A DNA stretch of 64,000 nt, taken from NCBI GenBank assembly GCA_022822785.1, contig JAJEAL010000013.1:9118-73117 (forward strand). Reading direction: 5' to 3'. The notes below the pieces were generated by a model that saw only the letters and a list, made by a program, of their open reading frames with translations, made no database searches and was not told where the DNA came from. The position numbers and the translations under genes were made by a program. Of this stretch, positions 59,908 to 64,000 are shown one piece after another. Origin of the DNA: Candidatus Poribacteria bacterium (GTDB lineage Bacteria; Poribacteria; WGA-4E; PCPOR2b). Numbering within the stretch: the stretch's first letter is position 1; the number at the start of each line of letters is the position of its first letter.

Positions 59908-62900
59908 ATGTGTTTTCAACAATCCAGATATTATAAATACCTGACCAGAACGTTGCGTAGGGTAGGGTTCCAAGCTCTCTTCACTAGTCGGATAGTTACT
60001 TGCCTTATGCTATTGGTATCCATTGGGTGTGCTACCGGGGCTTTTACCGCGTCGGTATTCGCACAAGAAGACGATCAGCGGGGAATGGAAGTTGCTGAAC
60101 GCGACGAAGCCGGCAAAGCGATTCGATTTAACTTTGACTTTCCGAGCGGAAATTTGCAGAGCTTGATTAAGTTCATCAGTGCAGAAACAAATCTGACGAT
60201 TATTGCCTCCGAAAACGACATCAAAGACAAGAAGTTTGCACTGACCAACCTCAAGAACGCAACCATTGACGAAACGATAGAAGAGATTAAAACGGTTCTT
60301 GCTCAATATGATCTGACCATGATTCGGACGAATAATACCTTGCTAATTACGACATTCGAGAAGGCTGTCAGAATGAAAGTACCGGTGAAGCGAATTGCGG
60401 CAGACCCAAGTCTAATTGAACAAACCGACGAAATCCAGACATATATGATTCAATTGAACAGCGCTGTCGCTGCGGAGCTAGTGAATAGCCTCAAGCCGCT
60501 CTTGAGCAAAGCGGCGAATATTTTCGCGGACGGCAACAGCAACTCGTTGATCATTACCGACGTTGCGTCCAATATCCACCGGATTGCAACCATTTTACAG
60601 GTAGCGGATGAGGCACCGGAAACCCCGCTCAAGGTAGAGATTATTCCGCTGCAGAATGCGACCGCCTCCTCCCTCGCTCAAACCTTGAACCGTGTTTTCC
60701 AGCAAGATAGCGATGTTGCGGGGCTCGTGCGAAAGATGAGTTCAACAAACAACCCCGAAGAGATGAAGGAAATGATGGAACATGCTAGAGCAGAAGGCGT
60801 GGGCGTCGATATGCTCCGTGGGCGTATTCAGATTTCTGCTGACGAAAGTTCAAACTCATTGGTTGTGCAGGCCTCCGAAGCTAATCTCGTTGTGTTGAGA
60901 GAACTGATTCAACAACTTGACACCGCCCCAAGCATTCAGACAGAGATCAGAATTTTTCGGTTAAATTATGCAATTGCGGAAGATGTAGCTCAGGTACTTG
61001 AAGAGCTAATAACAGGTATGAGTGCTGGCAGGCGACCTGGGAGAAATGCCGAGTGGTGGGAACGACGCGAGTGGGAACGGACGCGACGCGATCTGATGCG
61101 GCGGCGAGCCCGAGAGGGCGGGGAGTATCAGAGTATCGTTGGGACCGTGAATATCTCATCGAGTGATCGACTAAACGCAGTGGTGGTCTCCTCTGATCCG
61201 CGAAACTTTTCCATTATCGAAAAAATTATCACAGAATTGGATCAGGCGGATCCACAAGAGGAGATCCGCATCTACTTCCTGCAATTTTCTGAAGCACAAA
61301 GCTTATCCGATAACCTGCGCGATCTCTTTGAAGGTGGCGATTCCAGCCGAGATGACGACCTACCGTGGTGGTGGCGTCGGGAGGAAAACCGGGGAGAAAG
61401 CGAAGGTGGATTTGGCATCCAAGGTGACGTTCATCTTGTATCTGATACCCGTTTGAACGCCCTTCTGGTCTCAACCGCTTCTCAAAACTTTGAGACAATT
61501 GACGACTTGATTAAGCGTCTAGATGTCAGTATGCCCGATCAAGAGTGGGGTACCCGTGTCTATCAGCTCGAACATGCTGACGCGGAAAATATTGCGAATA
61601 TTATCAACAACGTCTATCAAGGCTCCGGTAATAGGAGGGGTGATTTCTTCTTTTTTGTGCCCGGACGGGCGCGGAATCAGAATCAGGGTGCCCTGGCGGG
61701 AAATGTGACGGCAGAGGCTTATCCGACACTCAACGCTGTGATTATCTCTACCGCAACGCAACGGAACTTTACACTCATCACACAGTTCGTCGAGGAACTC
61801 GACACACCGACTCCTGAAGGACAACGAGAAGTCACCAAACTCCTCCGTCTTGAATACGCAAATGCAGAAGATATCGAAGATTTGCTCGAAGATGTATGGG
61901 GTGAAAACGCAGCGAACAATCGCGGCGGATTCAACTTTGGACGTTTCATTGCACGCGGTGGAACCCCTGAGCAGAATGATATCAATTCACTGCGCGGTCA
62001 GGTCCAGGTGGAAGCGGACAACCAAACCAATTCGGTGCTCGTAACGACCGCACAACGGTACATGGCACAAGTAGAAGCCATGATTCGTGAACTTGACTTT
62101 GTACGAGGACAAGTTTGGATTGATATACAAATCCTCGAAGTAACCCTCGATGAAAGCACGAAACTCGGCGTGGAGTTAACGGCGCGAGAGCGCGGTTTGT
62201 TCGGCGCAGAGGTTCGGAATGGCAACCCACTCGTCGGAGAATTTGGAGCTGAGCTTGGATTGGAACAGGAAATAAGTGGTTTTAATATCAGCTTGGCCAC
62301 AAAAGAATATATGGCGCTGCTCCACACACTGATTCGTGAGAACAAGGTACAAACCATATCGACACCGGCACTCTTGACCCGCGATAACCGTGAAGCCACA
62401 TGGTCCTCCGGCAGACGGGTTCCGTACCTACAAAGTGCCGATGTTACAAGTCTAGCCGATAATCTGACGCAGCCGTTGTTTAACTATGACTTCATCGATC
62501 CACCAGTTGGCGTTACCATCTCGATTACGCCTCATATCGCAAAATCGCAGATGTCCGATAGTAAAAAGCGGACAATAGGTCTTGATATTTCTCAAATCAC
62601 CTTGAGTAATTTTGTCGAGTTTACCGACTTCAACGCTCCTATTACCGAAGATAGCACAATAAGTGCATTCATTGATGTAGAAGACGGACAACAGATTGTG
62701 GTGGGCGGGATGATCAAGGAGAAACGTCAGCAAATTGAAAGTAAGGTGCCGATTTTGGGAGACCTCCCCTTTATCGGTGGTCTCTTCAAAAAGACGGAAA
62801 CCGTCGCAGAAAACTCTGAAGTTGTGATTATTATCACGCCACATATCATCGATATTCGAAATCCAGAAGATTACGGCAGGCTTGAGCGACAATCTGAGGA

Positions 62901-62955
62901 GTGGCGCTTGAACGGGCAGAATCAGGAGAACGAAAAGCCTGTATCGGATAAATGA
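59908..62955 (+). CDS. gspD: Secretin GspD with N0 plus six N-domains (start uncertain)
   Basis: Six L..A.A..(N/D)SL.V repeats; GQVWIDIQILEV, STPALLT.DN.EA..SSG..VP, VVGGMI, KVPILGDLPFIGGLF. Confidence 0.92.
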   Translation: MCFQQSRYYKYLTRTLRRVGFQALFTSRIVTCLMLLVSIGCATGAFTASVFAQEDDQRGMEVAERDEAGKAIRFNFDFPSGNLQSLIKFISAETNLTIIASENDIKDKKFALTNLKNATIDETIEEIKTVLAQYDLTMIRTNNTLLITTFEKAVRMKVPVKRIAADPSLIEQTDEIQTYMIQLNSAVAAELVNSLKPLLSKAANIFADGNSNSLIITDVASNIHRIATILQVADEAPETPLKVEIIPLQNATASSLAQTLNRVFQQDSDVAGLVRKMSSTNNPEEMKEMMEHARAEGVGVDMLRGRIQISADESSNSLVVQASEANLVVLRELIQQLDTAPSIQTEIRIFRLNYAIAEDVAQVLEELITGMSAGRRPGRNAEWWERREWERTRRDLMRRRAREGGEYQSIVGTVNISSSDRLNAVVVSSDPRNFSIIEKIITELDQADPQEEIRIYFLQFSEAQSLSDNLRDLFEGGDSSRDDDLPWWWRREENRGESEGGFGIQGDVHLVSDTRLNALLVSTASQNFETIDDLIKRLDVSMPDQEWGTRVYQLEHADAENIANIINNVYQGSGNRRGDFFFFVPGRARNQNQGALAGNVTAEAYPTLNAVIISTATQRNFTLITQFVEELDTPTPEGQREVTKLLRLEYANAEDIEDLLEDVWGENAANNRGGFNFGRFIARGGTPEQNDINSLRGQVQVEADNQTNSVLVTTAQRYMAQVEAMIRELDFVRGQVWIDIQILEVTLDESTKLGVELTARERGLFGAEVRNGNPLVGEFGAELGLEQEISGFNISLATKEYMALLHTLIRENKVQTISTPALLTRDNREATWSSGRRVPYLQSADVTSLADNLTQPLFNYDFIDPPVGVTISITPHIAKSQMSDSKKRTIGLDISQITLSNFVEFTDFNAPITEDSTISAFIDVEDGQQIVVGGMIKEKRQQIESKVPILGDLPFIGGLFKKTETVAENSEVVIIITPHIIDIRNPEDYGRLERQSEEWRLNGQNQENEKPVSDK

Positions 62956-63018
62956 TACAGCTCTATACGACGTTATTTCGCTGGCTGCTTGGGCTAGGGC
63001 ATAATATCTATTGAAACC

Positions 63019-64000
63019 ATGAAAAAAGTAGCGATAATAGAAGATAGGAATTATGACGTAATTGTCATCGGTGGTGGGCCTGGGGGAAGCACTACTGCAA
63101 CGCTGGTGGCAGAAAAAGGACATCGTGTGCTGCTTTTGGAACGTGATAAATCTCCTCAATTCAAAATAGGCGAATCGCTAATGCCGGCGACCTACTGGAC
63201 ATTTGAGCGATTGGGTATTATAGAAAAACTGAAAGCGAGTCACTTTCCCCAAAAGTATAGTGTTCAATTCTATTCAAGCTCTGGCAAAGCGTCTGCCCCC
63301 TTTTACTTTTATCGCAACGATCCCCACGAATCTTCCGTAACTTGGCAGGTGTTACGCAGCGAGTTTGATCAGATGTTGCTCGAAAACGCACAGGAGAAAG
63401 GGGCAGAGGTCCAGCGTGGTGTCAGTGTGCATGAGGTGTTATTTGACGGTGAGAGGGCGGTTGGGGTCCGAGCAAAACTTGAAGACGGAAAGATAGCAGA
63501 ACTCTCAGCAAAGGTGGTTGTGGATTCGACGGGCCAGAGTGCCTTGATTTCGCGGAAGCTCAAGATAAATAAGATAGAACCAAAGCTGAAAAAAGCGTCG
63601 ATCTACACCCATTTTGAAGGTGGGATTCGAGACGAAGGGATTGATGAAGGTGCTACGTTGATTCTTCACACGGAGAACAAGGATTCGTGGTTCTGGTATA
63701 TTCCGCTGCCCTATGATCGGGTGAGTGTAGGAGTTGTGGGTGACTTGAGGTATCTTCTGCAAAACCGAAGAAAAAGTGATGGCACCCTTGTTCACCAAGC
63801 GATTTTTGACGAAGAACTTGCCAAATGTCCCCCCCTGCAGCCACGTCTTGCCGGCGCCAAGCAACTGTTTCCGGTCAAGGTTACAAAGGACTTCTCCTAT
63901 CGCGCCAACTGCATCGCAGGCGATGGTTGGGTACTGGTTGGGGATGCTTTCGGATTTCTAGATCCCGTCTACTCGTCGGGGTTATTTCTCGCACTGAAAT
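63019..64000 (+). CDS. Flavin-dependent halogenase-like / FAD oxidoreductase (3' end outside window)
   Basis: Not in the ORF track; my translation gives YDVIVIGGGPGGS, IGESL, WFWYIP (63688), GDAFGFLDPVYSSG. Confidence 0.82.
   Translation, partial: MKKVAIIEDRNYDVIVIGGGPGGSTTATLVAEKGHRVLLLERDKSPQFKIGESLMPATYWTFERLGIIEKLKASHFPQKYSVQFYSSSGKASAPFYFYRNDPHESSVTWQVLRSEFDQMLLENAQEKGAEVQRGVSVHEVLFDGERAVGVRAKLEDGKIAELSAKVVVDSTGQSALISRKLKINKIEPKLKKASIYTHFEGGIRDEGIDEGATLILHTENKDSWFWYIPLPYDRVSVGVVGDLRYLLQNRRKSDGTLVHQAIFDEELAKCPPLQPRLAGAKQLFPVKVTKDFSYRANCIAGDGWVLVGDAFGFLDPVYSSGLFLALK

Noticed and set aside
470-63961. The many 60-170 aa ORFs antisense to or overlapping the called genes
   Set aside because: They are shadow ORFs of well-supported genes, with no motifs or RBS
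1-64000. CRISPR array, rRNA, tRNA or intact transposase/integrase
   Set aside because: No regularly spaced repeats, cloverleafs, rRNA-like tracts or DDE/tyrosine-recombinase motifs were seen by eye; a tRNAscan/Infernal run is still advisable

Overview
A ~64 kb chromosomal window from a diderm bacterium of moderate GC. The gene mix (PhyH dioxygenase, Gfo/Idh/MocA, TIM-barrel isomerases, Uma2, scattered TA modules, lipoprotein serpins, halogenase-like flavoprotein) resembles Ca. Poribacteria or similar sponge-associated lineages; this is inference only. Contents in order: sbcD (3' end)-sbcC-MOSC-RibD-like; a CsgG/FlgT-like protein and a small lipoprotein behind a sigma54-type promoter; an orphan ComD-like ThDP alpha subunit and acs; an 852-aa GlmU-like nucleotidyltransferase fused to a DUF89 phosphatase; ALDH; an isomerase; an MNT-HEPN pair; PhyH; sucC; pgk; three tandem lipoprotein serpins with different reactive loops; a decayed DNA-methyltransferase-like remnant; proS; an orphan ABC binding protein; Uma2; htpX; a gene pair resembling a split DUF6178; Hyi-like and Gfo/Idh/MocA genes. 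Next is an 11-subunit complex I operon (nuoABC-DHIJKLMN, no nuoEFG) with a Rex-like operator, an extra domain in NuoI, and a DarT/NADAR-like TA module inserted between nuoC and nuoD. It is followed by a panE-like fragment, ThDP enzyme and HAD genes, a type II secretion cluster (E,F,G,H,I,J,K,L-like,M-like,D) with ComEA-like HhH modules and an elongated secretin, and the 5' part of a flavin-dependent halogenase-like gene. No rRNA, tRNA, CRISPR array or intact transposase was recognised. All family assignments come from motifs read by eye, not from database searches.
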